Origin: Dechloromonas sp.
GTDB lineage: Bacteria; Pseudomonadota; Gammaproteobacteria; Burkholderiales; Rhodocyclaceae
Length of the DNA: 64,000 nucleotides
Direction: 5' to 3'
Assembly (NCBI GenBank): GCA_028689015.1
Contig: JAQTXC010000005.1
Span: 3,107 to 67,106, forward strand
This document shows positions 55,091 to 64,000 of this stretch, in pieces. The notes below the pieces were generated by a model. That model was not told where the DNA came from, did no database searches, and saw only the letters and a list, made by a program, of their open reading frames with translations. Within the stretch, counting starts at the first letter, position 1. Each line of letters begins with the position of its first letter. The translations under genes and the position numbers were made by a program.

Positions 55091-56005
55091 TTGACTGACA
55101 GCCACCCGTTTTCCATCCTTCTGCTCGCCGATATCCCCGGCGCCAAGCGCCTGCACGCCAGCCTCCGTCCCGACGAAGCAGCGCATGCCATCGAGCGCTG
55201 CAGCAAACGCATGGCACGATCCATCGATGGTTATTCAGGCCAATTTCTGCACCAGGTCAACGACGAGTTGCTGGCCCGCTTCACCAATGCGGACGAGGCT
55301 TTGCTCGGAGCCTTTGACATGCGACAGCGGATTGCTGACCTACCGCCGGTCGGCGGTCTGAGTCTGGCCGTTCGCATCGCCTTGCACGTGCAATCTGACG
55401 CAGCGCAAGCACAACAGGAAGTCAGCCAACTGGCCAAACTGGGCGAAGGGGGAGAAATCCTCTGCTCAGCACCTTTCGTCACTGCCTTGACCGGAACCCT
55501 GCCCGCCGACCTGGTTTATCTTGACCCGGCACGGCTGGGTGGTACGGTCGACACCGCCAATCATCCATTTATTGTCCATCGGCCGAATGCTCATGCCACA
55601 CCGGCCATGTCCGTCGCCATAACGCCGAACCTGACGCCGCCACCCACGCCCCCGCTGGTCCCCAGCAGCCCCGCCCCGACTAGCGAACGACTTTGCCTGC
55701 GCTATCGCGGCAAATCCCTGCTACTCGATGACAAAACCCCTTTGCTGACCCTGGGCCGCGACAGCCAGAACATGCTAGTCATTGATGACCGCAAGGCGTC
55801 TCGCCAGCACGCTCGCATTGAACGACGGGCCGACGGCTTTTATTTTTGTGACAACAGTACCAATGGCAGTTATTTGCGCGTCGCCGGCGATTCGGAACAA
55901 ATGGTACGCCAGCAAGCTGTCCGTATACATGGACAGGGGCAACTCTGCCTAGGTAGTTCGTGCAACGATCCGAGCGCTGAAATCATCGAATTTGAGCCCT
56001 TATAG
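55091..56005 (+). CDS. Degenerate class III nucleotidyl-cyclase-like domain plus FHA domain
   Basis: ADI...VNDE cyclase-like N-terminus; Pro-rich linker; FHA GR...SRQHA...NSTNG; TTG start. Confidence 0.75.
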   Translation: MTDSHPFSILLLADIPGAKRLHASLRPDEAAHAIERCSKRMARSIDGYSGQFLHQVNDELLARFTNADEALLGAFDMRQRIADLPPVGGLSLAVRIALHVQSDAAQAQQEVSQLAKLGEGGEILCSAPFVTALTGTLPADLVYLDPARLGGTVDTANHPFIVHRPNAHATPAMSVAITPNLTPPPTPPLVPSSPAPTSERLCLRYRGKSLLLDDKTPLLTLGRDSQNMLVIDDRKASRQHARIERRADGFYFCDNSTNGSYLRVAGDSEQMVRQQAVRIHGQGQLCLGSSCNDPSAEIIEFEPL

Positions 56006-56069
56006 GGCCATTGGCCCGGGCTACTTGCCTGGCAGCAGTCGTCAGCACGCCAGGCCAGATGACAGCGCT

Positions 56070-56426
56070 TTACTGGCTAGCCGCTGCGTCGGCCGTGCAC
56101 TTTTTCATAAAACTACTGCGGGCCGCACCCGCCAGCTTTTTCTCGCTGGCCTTGGCCTGGCAGGGATTGGCCCCGGCATCACTAACCGTCCCGCGGCATT
56201 TTTTGACGAAACTGTTGCGCGCAGCCCCGGCCAGCTTCTTTTCCTTCGCCTTGGCTTCGCAAGCATCTGGTGCGACAGTCGCCTGATCAGCCTGACATTT
56301 TTTGATGAAGCTGGTCTTGGCCGCCCCGCCCAGTTTCTTTTCTGCCGCCCGGGCTGCGCAATCCGGCGCCGCCTGGGCCGTACCGACAAAAATTACGGTC
56401 AACACCAATCCAAACAATTTTTTCAT
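56070..56426 (-). CDS. PsiF-repeat secreted protein
   Basis: Signal peptide and three C-x6-KKL-x-GAA-x2-F-x-KKC repeats. Confidence 0.85.
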   Translation of the reverse strand: MKKLFGLVLTVIFVGTAQAAPDCAARAAEKKLGGAAKTSFIKKCQADQATVAPDACEAKAKEKKLAGAARNSFVKKCRGTVSDAGANPCQAKASEKKLAGAARSSFMKKCTADAAASQ

Positions 56427-56447
56427 CGCACACTCCGCTGGGTTTAA

Positions 56448-57389
56448 TCAGGTTTCGTCATCAAGCATCATACGCTGTTGGCGTACGACAAAGTCATTCA
56501 TACTATCAATTCCACGGAATTGCAGGATCGTGTTGCGCACCGCCGCTTCTAATAGCACCGCCAGATTACGGCCGGCCGCCACGGGAATCACCACCTTGCG
56601 AATCGGTACCCCAAGAATTTCCTGCGTTTGCGCATCTAATGGCAAGCGCGGCGCATCACTGGTCAGCGAGGTTTTCTGCAGATGAACGATCAGTTTCAGC
56701 TTCATCTTGCGCCGCGACGCGGTTTCGCCAAAGATGGTCCGAATATTAAGAAGCCCGAGGCCGCGCACCTCAAGAAAATCACGCAACATGCCGGGGCAAC
56801 GTCCTTCGATTGTCGTTGGCGCAATACGGGCCATCTCGACCACATCGTCGGCGACCAGGCCGTGGCCTCGTGAAATCAGCTCAAGCGCCAACTCTGACTT
56901 CCCCAGCCCGGAGTCGCCAGTGATCAGTACGCCCATGCCCAGAACGTCCATGAATACCCCATGCAGGCTGACCGTATCCGCCAGGCGCGACGACAGGTAG
57001 ATGCGCAGTTGATCGATGACCGCCGAGCACGGTTTCGGTGAAATGATCAGCGGTGTGCAACTGAGCTGACAGGCTTCAATCAACAGGGGTGGCGGCGCCA
57101 GGCCATCCGCAATAACGATGGCTGGCGGTCGTGCCTGCAGCAGATCATTGAACATCTGGCCAAAACGCCGATCACCGATCCGAACCGCCCATTCCAACTC
57201 GGCCTGGCCGATGACTTGTAAGCGCTCGGGGTGAATGATGTTGATGTGGCCGACCACATCGGCGCCGTAGTTATTTGACACCTTGATTTCGATCCGCCGG
57301 TCTTCCCCATGGCAGATCGTCCAACCCAGCAGCAATTTCTCCCGGTTGTCTTCGTAAAGCTGGGCGAGGCTAATGTGCGCGAGCGGCAC
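56448..57389 (-). CDS. hprK: HPr kinase/phosphorylase
   Basis: GDSGLGKSE, LVADD, LEVRGLG, GRNLAV. Confidence 0.96.
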   Translation of the reverse strand: MPLAHISLAQLYEDNREKLLLGWTICHGEDRRIEIKVSNNYGADVVGHINIIHPERLQVIGQAELEWAVRIGDRRFGQMFNDLLQARPPAIVIADGLAPPPLLIEACQLSCTPLIISPKPCSAVIDQLRIYLSSRLADTVSLHGVFMDVLGMGVLITGDSGLGKSELALELISRGHGLVADDVVEMARIAPTTIEGRCPGMLRDFLEVRGLGLLNIRTIFGETASRRKMKLKLIVHLQKTSLTSDAPRLPLDAQTQEILGVPIRKVVIPVAAGRNLAVLLEAAVRNTILQFRGIDSMNDFVVRQQRMMLDDET

Positions 57390-57392
57390 GAC

Positions 57393-57839
57393 TCACTGAC
57401 TGAACAAGGCCATCACGGCGGCTGGATCAACAGCGACTTGCAATGCTTCGCGGAACGCTCGATCGGAAAAGCGTTGCGCCAGTTCGGAGAGAATCTGCAA
57501 GTGCTGCTCGGTGGCCTGTTCGGGCACAAGCAAGACAAACAACAGGGAAACCGGCCGGCCATCGGGTGAATCGAAGGGAATCGGACTAGCCAGGCGAATG
57601 ACGGCCCCGGCCGCCTGCTTGAGGCCCTTGATCCGGCCGTGCGGAATGGCGACGCCCTGGCCCAAGCCAGTCGAGCCCAGTTTTTCACGGGCAAACAGGC
57701 TATCAAAAATGGCGGAACGGGCCACGCCCAGGCGATTTTCGAACAACATGCCAGCCTGTTCGAAAACGCGCTTCTTGCTGCCGGCATCAAGATCAAGCAG
57801 TACCTGCTCAAGCGACAGAATATTGGTGATTGGGTTCAT
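57393..57839 (-). CDS. ptsN: PTS IIA-like nitrogen regulatory protein
   Basis: REKLGSTGLGQGVAIPHGR. Confidence 0.95.
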   Translation of the reverse strand: MNPITNILSLEQVLLDLDAGSKKRVFEQAGMLFENRLGVARSAIFDSLFAREKLGSTGLGQGVAIPHGRIKGLKQAAGAVIRLASPIPFDSPDGRPVSLLFVLLVPEQATEQHLQILSELAQRFSDRAFREALQVAVDPAAVMALFSQ

Positions 57840-57890
57840 GGAGAGACAAAAGCAAAGGCCGTGACAAATTCGTCACGGCCATTGAGGGGC

Positions 57891-58214
57891 TTATTCAGCA
57901 ATGTGCAGAGCCGGCTTGTCACCGCGGTGATGATCTTGCATCTTCTGCTTGTATTTCTGAACCTGGCGGTCCAGCTTATCGAACATGGCGTCAATTGCGG
58001 CATAGAGATCATCGCCGGATTCTTCGACATGCATGTCCTTGCCTGGCACATGGACTGTGACTTCCGCCTTTTGCTTCAATTTCTCGACGGAGAGCACAAC
58101 ACTCACGCCAGTCACCTTGTCAAAATGGCGAACGACGGGATCAAGCTTGTTTTCGACATAGTCGCGCAGGGCGGGGGTAACGTCGATATGGTGACCACTG
58201 ATCTGCAGATTCAC
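57891..58214 (-). CDS. hpf: Ribosome hibernation promoting factor
   Basis: [25 protein letters not shown]. Confidence 0.95.
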   Translation of the reverse strand: MNLQISGHHIDVTPALRDYVENKLDPVVRHFDKVTGVSVVLSVEKLKQKAEVTVHVPGKDMHVEESGDDLYAAIDAMFDKLDRQVQKYKQKMQDHHRGDKPALHIAE

Positions 58215-58229
58215 TTTTTTCTCCTCTCT

Positions 58230-59684
58230 CTACAGGGTCTTGCGTAAATTGACCGGCGGGATGTTGAGCGACTCGCGGTATTTTGCAACCGTGCGTCGGG
58301 CAACCACGATTCCCTGCTGGCCTAGTATTTCGGATAATTGGCTATCCGACAAGGGCTTCTTGCCATCCTCCGCCGAGACCAGTTGCTTGATCAGGGCACG
58401 AATGGCCGTGGCAGAACAGGCCCCACCGGTATCGGTGGCGACATGGCTGCCGAAGAAGTATTTCAATTCAAAGATGCCGCGCGGCGTCGACATGTATTTC
58501 TGACTAGTGACCCGCGACACGGTCGACTCGTGCAAACCCAGAATATCGGCAATTTCGCGCAGCACCAACGGCCGCATCGCCACCTCGCCGTGTTCGAAAA
58601 ATTGTTTCTGGCGTTCGACAATGGCTTGCGATACCCGGTGAATCGTATCAAAACGTTGTTGCACGTTCTTGATCAACCAGCGCGCTTCCTGCAATTGCCC
58701 GGTCATGTTGCCATTGCCACGTCGCTGACGGGCTAATATATCGGCATATAAGCGATTGATTCGTAAGCGCGGATAGGCATCTGGATTGATGTAGGCCGTC
58801 CACTTGCCTTTCAATTTCTTGACAATGACATCCGGCGTAATATAACGCGCTTCACTTTGTGCGTACGGCGCTGCCGGCCGGGGATTAAGGCCGGTAATCA
58901 AAGCATGCGCCGCCTTCAGATCCTCATCATCGCACGCGGTCGCCTTGCGGATCCGGGCAAAATCCCGGGCGGCAAGTAGTTCGAGGTGATCGGCGACAAT
59001 GCGCCTGGCCAGTCGAACATCGTTATCCAGTGGTAAGGCTTTGAGTTGCAACAACAAGCATTCGCGCAAATTACGCGCCCCGATACCCACCGGGTCAAAG
59101 CTCTGAATGTGACAGAGGGCGATTTCCAGCTCTTCCGGTTCAATTTCATATTCCGGCGGCAGCGTTTCCCACAACTCGAGCAGCGGCGTCGACAGATAAC
59201 CATCATCATCCAGCGCCTCAATCAGGAAGCGAACCAGGCTACGATCCCGGTCGCCGAGTTGTGTTGCCCCCAACTGCCAGCCCAGATGATCGCGCAAGCT
59301 GGGCGTTGTGGAATGCTGGTCGTGACTATCGCTATCGTCGTCCTCGTCCCGCCCGGCACCGCTGTAAGTGCCCGCATCGCTAGTCCACCGGTCGTCGTCG
59401 ACATCGGCCGGGGCACTGGGCATGTCGGACTCGTGCTCGTCCCGGGCTGGCGCCTCTTCACGTTCGTTCGCGGTCGACGTGCTCGGCGAATCAAATTGTT
59501 GGGCTCCGGCAAACGACTCACCGGTCGGCTCGTCTTCGCGCTCCAGCATCGGGTTTTCGAGCAGGTAACGCTCGATTTCCTGCTGCATTTCGACCGTCGA
59601 CAACTGCAACAGCTTGATCGACTGCTGCAGTTGTGGCGTCAGGGCCAGATGTTGGGAAAGTTTTAGCTGGAGTGTCGGCTTCAT
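58230..59684 (-). CDS. rpoN: RNA polymerase sigma-54
   Basis: TPQLQQSIKLLQL, HESTVSR, RpoN box ARRTVAKYR. Confidence 0.98.
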   Translation of the reverse strand: MKPTLQLKLSQHLALTPQLQQSIKLLQLSTVEMQQEIERYLLENPMLEREDEPTGESFAGAQQFDSPSTSTANEREEAPARDEHESDMPSAPADVDDDRWTSDAGTYSGAGRDEDDDSDSHDQHSTTPSLRDHLGWQLGATQLGDRDRSLVRFLIEALDDDGYLSTPLLELWETLPPEYEIEPEELEIALCHIQSFDPVGIGARNLRECLLLQLKALPLDNDVRLARRIVADHLELLAARDFARIRKATACDDEDLKAAHALITGLNPRPAAPYAQSEARYITPDVIVKKLKGKWTAYINPDAYPRLRINRLYADILARQRRGNGNMTGQLQEARWLIKNVQQRFDTIHRVSQAIVERQKQFFEHGEVAMRPLVLREIADILGLHESTVSRVTSQKYMSTPRGIFELKYFFGSHVATDTGGACSATAIRALIKQLVSAEDGKKPLSDSQLSEILGQQGIVVARRTVAKYRESLNIPPVNLRKTL

Positions 59685-59710
59685 GGGTGGTTCGGTGCTT
59701 CAGCCATCCG

Positions 59711-60445
59711 TCAGAGCCTGAAGTGCTCGCCGAGATAAACCTTGCGTACGCTTTCATTATCAACGATTTCGTCCGGCCGTCCAGCAGCCAGGACATTTCC
59801 GGCGTTGATAATGTAGGCGTGATCGCAGATTCCCAGCGTTTCACGGACATTGTGATCGGTGATCAGAACCCCAATTTGCCGCTCTTTCAAAAATCGGATG
59901 ATTTTCTGGATTTCAAGCACGGCAATTGGGTCGACCCCGGCAAAGGGCTCATCCAGCAGGATGAAGCGGGGATTACTCGCCAGCGCCCGGGCAATTTCCA
60001 CTCGCCGCCGCTCGCCCCCGGACAGCGCCGCCGCATTGACGTGGCGGACATGACCGATGTGCAACTCACCCAGCAAGGTCTCCAGCCGCTCATCGACCTC
60101 TCGCCGCGAAATTTTCAGCAATTCGAGAATGGCGCGGATGTTGTCCTCGACATTGAGCTTGCGAAAAACCGAAGCCTCCTGCGGCAGGTAGGACAACCCG
60201 GCTCGCGCCCGGCGGTGCATCGGCTGATGGGTCAGGCGTGCATCGTCGATAAAAACTTCACCCGCATCAGCAGCGACCAGGCCAACGATCATGTAGAAAC
60301 ACGTTGTCTTGCCGGCGCCATTCGGACCGAGCAAACCAACCACCTCGCCCGCCTTGACCTCGAAGGAAACGTCTTCAACCACCGTTCGCGCCTTGTAGCG
60401 CTTTTTCAGATTATTCGCTGTCAGCTTGGCTACCGGACTGCTCAT
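59711..60445 (-). CDS. lptB: LPS export ABC ATPase
   Basis: [50 protein letters not shown]. Confidence 0.96.
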   Translation of the reverse strand: MSSPVAKLTANNLKKRYKARTVVEDVSFEVKAGEVVGLLGPNGAGKTTCFYMIVGLVAADAGEVFIDDARLTHQPMHRRARAGLSYLPQEASVFRKLNVEDNIRAILELLKISRREVDERLETLLGELHIGHVRHVNAAALSGGERRRVEIARALASNPRFILLDEPFAGVDPIAVLEIQKIIRFLKERQIGVLITDHNVRETLGICDHAYIINAGNVLAAGRPDEIVDNESVRKVYLGEHFRL

Positions 60446-60876
60446 TCGTCATCGACTCCGCACAAAACCCGACGGATAGCGTCGGACGAAAAGCCACGAT
60501 ACTGCAAAAATCGCATTTGCCGGGCCCATTCGCTCGCTGAATCGGGTAATTGTCCGAATTTTCGGGACCAGACTTGCTGACAGCGCACCCGCTCATCACC
60601 TGCCTCAGGCAAGGCCGTAGCGATGTCCACATCGCTCACGCCGCGCTGGCGTAATTCCTGACGCAGGCGGGCATCACCATAACGCAGCCCCCGCACCGCC
60701 ACCCGCTGCGTGGCGTAGCGAGCGTCGGACAACAAACCCGCTGCCTGCAGGCGATCCAGTTCACCCTCGAGCACAGCGGTTGATTCGGCTTGCGGCAACA
60801 GGCGCGACCGCAACTCGGCGCGACTGTAGTCACGCCGGGCCAGCAATTTGAGCGCCTGCCCACGCAAATCAGCCAT
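60442..60876 (-). CDS. recX: Recombination regulator
   Basis: [31 protein letters not shown]; start at ATG 60876. Confidence 0.93.
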   Translation of the reverse strand: MADLRGQALKLLARRDYSRAELRSRLLPQAESTAVLEGELDRLQAAGLLSDARYATQRVAVRGLRYGDARLRQELRQRGVSDVDIATALPEAGDERVRCQQVWSRKFGQLPDSASEWARQMRFLQYRGFSSDAIRRVLCGVDDE

Positions 60877-61906
60877 CTGTTTCAGTTGCCTTGGTGGACT
60901 TGGTCGGCTTGATGACAGTCGTTCCCGCCGCCAAACGAATACCCGCTTCAATTTCCTGAGCAATTTCGGGGTGCGATTTGAGGAATTCGCGGGCGTTATC
61001 CTTGCCCTGGCCGATTTTTTCACCCTTGTAGGAATACCAGGCGCCCGATTTGTCGACCAACTTGTGAGCAACCCCCATCTCGACGATCTCGCCTTCACGC
61101 GAAATCCCTTCGCCGTACAGGATGTCGAAAATGGCTTCACGGAAGGGCGGTGATACCTTGTTCTTGACCACCTTGACACGGGTTTCGTTACCGATGACTT
61201 CGTCACCCTTCTTGATACCACCGATACGGCGAATGTCCATCCGCACCGAGGCGTAGAATTTCAGTGCATTACCGCCCGTCGTCGTTTCCGGCGAACCGAA
61301 CATGACGCCGATCTTCATCCGGATCTGGTTGATAAAAATGACCAGGGTGTTGGTTTTTTTGATGTTGGCGGTCAGTTTGCGCAGCGCCTGGCTCATCAGA
61401 CGGGCATGCAGGCCAACCATCTGGTCGCCCATGTCGCCTTCAATTTCGGCGCGCGGTGTCAGTGCGGCCACCGAATCGATAACGATGATATCGACCGAGC
61501 CGGAACGAACCAGCATGTCGGAGATTTCGAGGGCTTGTTCGCCGGTATCCGGCTGCGAGATCAGCAGGTCGCCGACATTGACGCCGAGCTTTTGAGCATA
61601 TTGCGGGTCGAGCGCGTGTTCGGCGTCGATGAAGGCGGCGACGCCGCCCAGCTTCTGCATTTCAGCAATGACCTGCAGACACAGCGTGGTCTTGCCCGAG
61701 GACTCGGGACCGTAGATTTCAACAACCCGGCCACGCGGCAGGCCGCCGACGCCGAGCGCAATATCCAGGCCCAGCGAGCCGGTGGACACCACCTGGATGC
61801 CTTCGTCGATTTCGGCATCGCCCATCTTCATGATGGAGCCCTTGCCAAACTGCTTTTCGATCTGTTGCAGCGCTGCGGCTAGCGCCTTTGCCTTGTTGTC
61901 GTCCAT
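60869..61906 (-). CDS. recA: Recombinase A
   Basis: [40 protein letters not shown]; start at ATG 61906. Confidence 0.99.
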   Translation of the reverse strand: MDDNKAKALAAALQQIEKQFGKGSIMKMGDAEIDEGIQVVSTGSLGLDIALGVGGLPRGRVVEIYGPESSGKTTLCLQVIAEMQKLGGVAAFIDAEHALDPQYAQKLGVNVGDLLISQPDTGEQALEISDMLVRSGSVDIIVIDSVAALTPRAEIEGDMGDQMVGLHARLMSQALRKLTANIKKTNTLVIFINQIRMKIGVMFGSPETTTGGNALKFYASVRMDIRRIGGIKKGDEVIGNETRVKVVKNKVSPPFREAIFDILYGEGISREGEIVEMGVAHKLVDKSGAWYSYKGEKIGQGKDNAREFLKSHPEIAQEIEAGIRLAAGTTVIKPTKSTKATETDG

Positions 61907-62081
61907 GGTCTTACCTCGAAATGTTGAGCGGATTATGGCACAGGGGCCAAATATGGAACAAAAATTGCTGTCAGCCGTGTCGACCGCAAAATCGACCAAC
62001 TATGACAATTGATTATATCGCGACGTCAAAACCAGGCAATCAAGTTGCGTGTATCCTTGCAAGCCCACTCCGACACCAAAA

Positions 62082-62101
62082 TACTGTGTATTAATACAGT
62101 A
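62082..62101. promoter_or_regulatory. LexA (SOS) box
   Basis: TACTGT-GTATTAAT-ACAGTA = CTGT-N8-ACAG; overlaps minus-strand TTGCCA-N16-TATACT toward recA. Confidence 0.85.
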
Positions 62102-62168
62102 TATTGAGCCAGAAAGCCTTGGCAAGACAATTCTTCACCCCTGCACGCTGCCGCACACCCCTGCCTCG

Positions 62169-62843
62169 ATGAGCACACCCTACAGCCCCCCCTGCACCCT
62201 GCCGCTCATCATGTACCTTGACGATGACTTGCTGATCGTCGACAAGCCCGCCGGCCTGCTCTCAGTCCCCGGCCGCGGCGAGGACAAGCAGGACTGTTTG
62301 CTCAGCCGTTTGCGGCAGGATTTTCCGGAAATTCTCGCCGTCCACCGCTTGGATATGGCCACCTCCGGCCTGCTCGTCCTCGCCCGTCATGCCGACATGC
62401 ACCGTGCTCTGTCGCGCCTGTTCGAGAACCGGCAGGTAGACAAGCAGTATCGGGCGGTGGTCGATGGTTTACCCGGTGATGACCGCGGGCGTATCGATCT
62501 GCCGCTCATCTGTGACTGGCCAAACCGACCGCGGCAAATGGTCGACTTCACCATCGGCAAGCCATCGCTAACCTATTTTCGCGTTCTGGAACGCGACGCT
62601 GCCCAGCGCTGCAGCCTGCTCGAATTAACGCCAATCACCGGTCGTTCGCATCAGTTGCGCGTCCATCTGGCCAGCCTGGGACACCCTATTCTTGGCGACG
62701 ATTTATATGGTGGATTGACCTTCGATCGGGCACCGCGCCTGCTCTTACACGCTGCCGCCATCGGCTTTGACCATCCGACCCGCGGCGAGCGGATCGAAAT
62801 TGTCAGCGCCGCGCCCTTTGACTGCCAAACTGTCGCGCCGTGA
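62169..62843 (+). CDS. rluA: RluA-family pseudouridine synthase
   Basis: VDKPAGLLSVPG, HRLD, GRSHQLRVH, LHAA. Confidence 0.9.
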   Translation: MSTPYSPPCTLPLIMYLDDDLLIVDKPAGLLSVPGRGEDKQDCLLSRLRQDFPEILAVHRLDMATSGLLVLARHADMHRALSRLFENRQVDKQYRAVVDGLPGDDRGRIDLPLICDWPNRPRQMVDFTIGKPSLTYFRVLERDAAQRCSLLELTPITGRSHQLRVHLASLGHPILGDDLYGGLTFDRAPRLLLHAAAIGFDHPTRGERIEIVSAAPFDCQTVAP

Positions 62844-62894
62844 CCGTATAATCGGCCGGTTTTTGGCCCTTTTCCCCGGTTGACCGCACCATTC

Positions 62895-64000
62895 ATGTTG
62901 ATCTGGTTTGTTGCCCTCTACCTGCTGCTTTCAATCGCCATCGGCCTGGTCGCCGCGACCCGCGTGCATAGCGCCAAGGATTTTGCCGTTGCCGGGCGCC
63001 ATCTGCCACTGCCAGTCGTCACCGCCACCGTATTCGCTACCTGGTTTGGCGCCGAGGCCATTTTTGGCGTCTCGTCCACCTTCGTCAATGAAGGCCTGCG
63101 CGGCGTCGTCGCCGACCCCTTCGGGGCCTCGCTGTGCCTGATCATTGCTGGCGTCTTTTTCGCCCGCAAGCTCTACAAGCTCAACATTTTGACCCTGGGC
63201 GACTATTTCCGCCTGCGTTACAACCGCACGGTCGAGGTGCTGACTACGATCTGCATCGTGCTTGCCTATCTCGGCTGGGTATCGGCGCAAATCAAGGCCC
63301 TCGGCCTGCTGCTCAACATCGTCACTGATGGCGCACTGAGTGAAACACACGGCATGATCCTTGGTGCGATGATCGTTCTCACCTACACCACCTTGGGCGG
63401 CATGTTGTCAGTCGCCATCCTCGACTTCGTCCAGATGGGGGTCATCATCGGTGGCATGTTGTTTATTGCCTGGCTAATTTCCGGTCAGACCGGGGGGGTC
63501 ATGCCGGTCATCGAACATGCCTCAGCCGCCGGCAAGCTCGATTTTTTCCCCGATCCAGATCCCTGGCAGTGGCTGGCCTTCATCGGTGCCGGCCTGACCA
63601 TGATGCTCGGCTCCATCCCGCAGCAGGACGTTTTCCAGCGCATCACCTCAGCCCGCACCGCCCACATCGCGCTCTGGGGTTCGATCATCGGCGCCACCAT
63701 CTATTTCTGCTTCACCTTCGTCCCGATGTTCATCGCCTATTCGGCGACCTTGATCGACCCCGAACAGTTCAACGCCCTGATGATCAGCGACTCGCAGCGT
63801 GTGCTGCCCACCCTGATCCTGCAACACACGCCGGTCTTCGCCCAAGCCGTCTTCTTTGGCGCCGTCCTCGCCGCCATCATGAGTTGTTCGTCGGCAACAC
63901 TGCTCGCCCCGTCGGTTGCCTTTGCTGAAAACATTGTGCGCGGCTTTTTCCCGCACATGGGTGACCACCAGTTCCTGCGCGTCATGCGCCTGACCATCGT
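62895..64000 (+). CDS. Sodium:solute symporter (partial, runs off window end)
   Basis: MLIWFVALYL...DFAVAGRHLP...ATWFG...LGGMLSVAILDFVQ...AAIMS; SSS motifs; not in the ORF track because there is no stop in the window. Confidence 0.9.
   Translation, partial: MLIWFVALYLLLSIAIGLVAATRVHSAKDFAVAGRHLPLPVVTATVFATWFGAEAIFGVSSTFVNEGLRGVVADPFGASLCLIIAGVFFARKLYKLNILTLGDYFRLRYNRTVEVLTTICIVLAYLGWVSAQIKALGLLLNIVTDGALSETHGMILGAMIVLTYTTLGGMLSVAILDFVQMGVIIGGMLFIAWLISGQTGGVMPVIEHASAAGKLDFFPDPDPWQWLAFIGAGLTMMLGSIPQQDVFQRITSARTAHIALWGSIIGATIYFCFTFVPMFIAYSATLIDPEQFNALMISDSQRVLPTLILQHTPVFAQAVFFGAVLAAIMSCSSATLLAPSVAFAENIVRGFFPHMGDHQFLRVMRLTI

Overview
GC-rich betaproteobacterial chromosome segment, most likely Rhodocyclales (Dechloromonas/Azonexus-like). 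This is inferred from a circularly permuted two-piece tmRNA gene with tag ANDEQFAIAA and from the gene repertoire. Most of the window (about 10.6-64 kb) is origin-proximal core genome: ribE, mnmG-rsmG-parA-parB, the atpIBEFHAGDC operon, ubiE/ubiJ, ilvA, cysK, slt, cca, ttcA, a recA-recX-lptB-rpoN-hpf-ptsN-hprK run and rluA, plus one parS site and a LexA box. Two accessory-looking blocks stand out. (1) Between tonB and the tmRNA gene (853-10202, all minus strand) lie a NERD nuclease-SF1 helicase, an unannotated 41-aa membrane peptide, a WYL regulator whose promoter -10 box sits inside a perfect inverted repeat, a Zn-ribbon microprotein, and three translationally coupled dynamin-like GTPases. 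This is my best candidate for an undescribed WYL-controlled membrane-remodelling or anti-phage system. (2) A five-gene type IV minor-pilin cluster (39.7-44.0 kb) ends in a PilX-like prepilin fused to a large Gly/Asn-rich beta-helix-like domain and has no PilY1. All assignments come from motif reading and recall; no database search was run.
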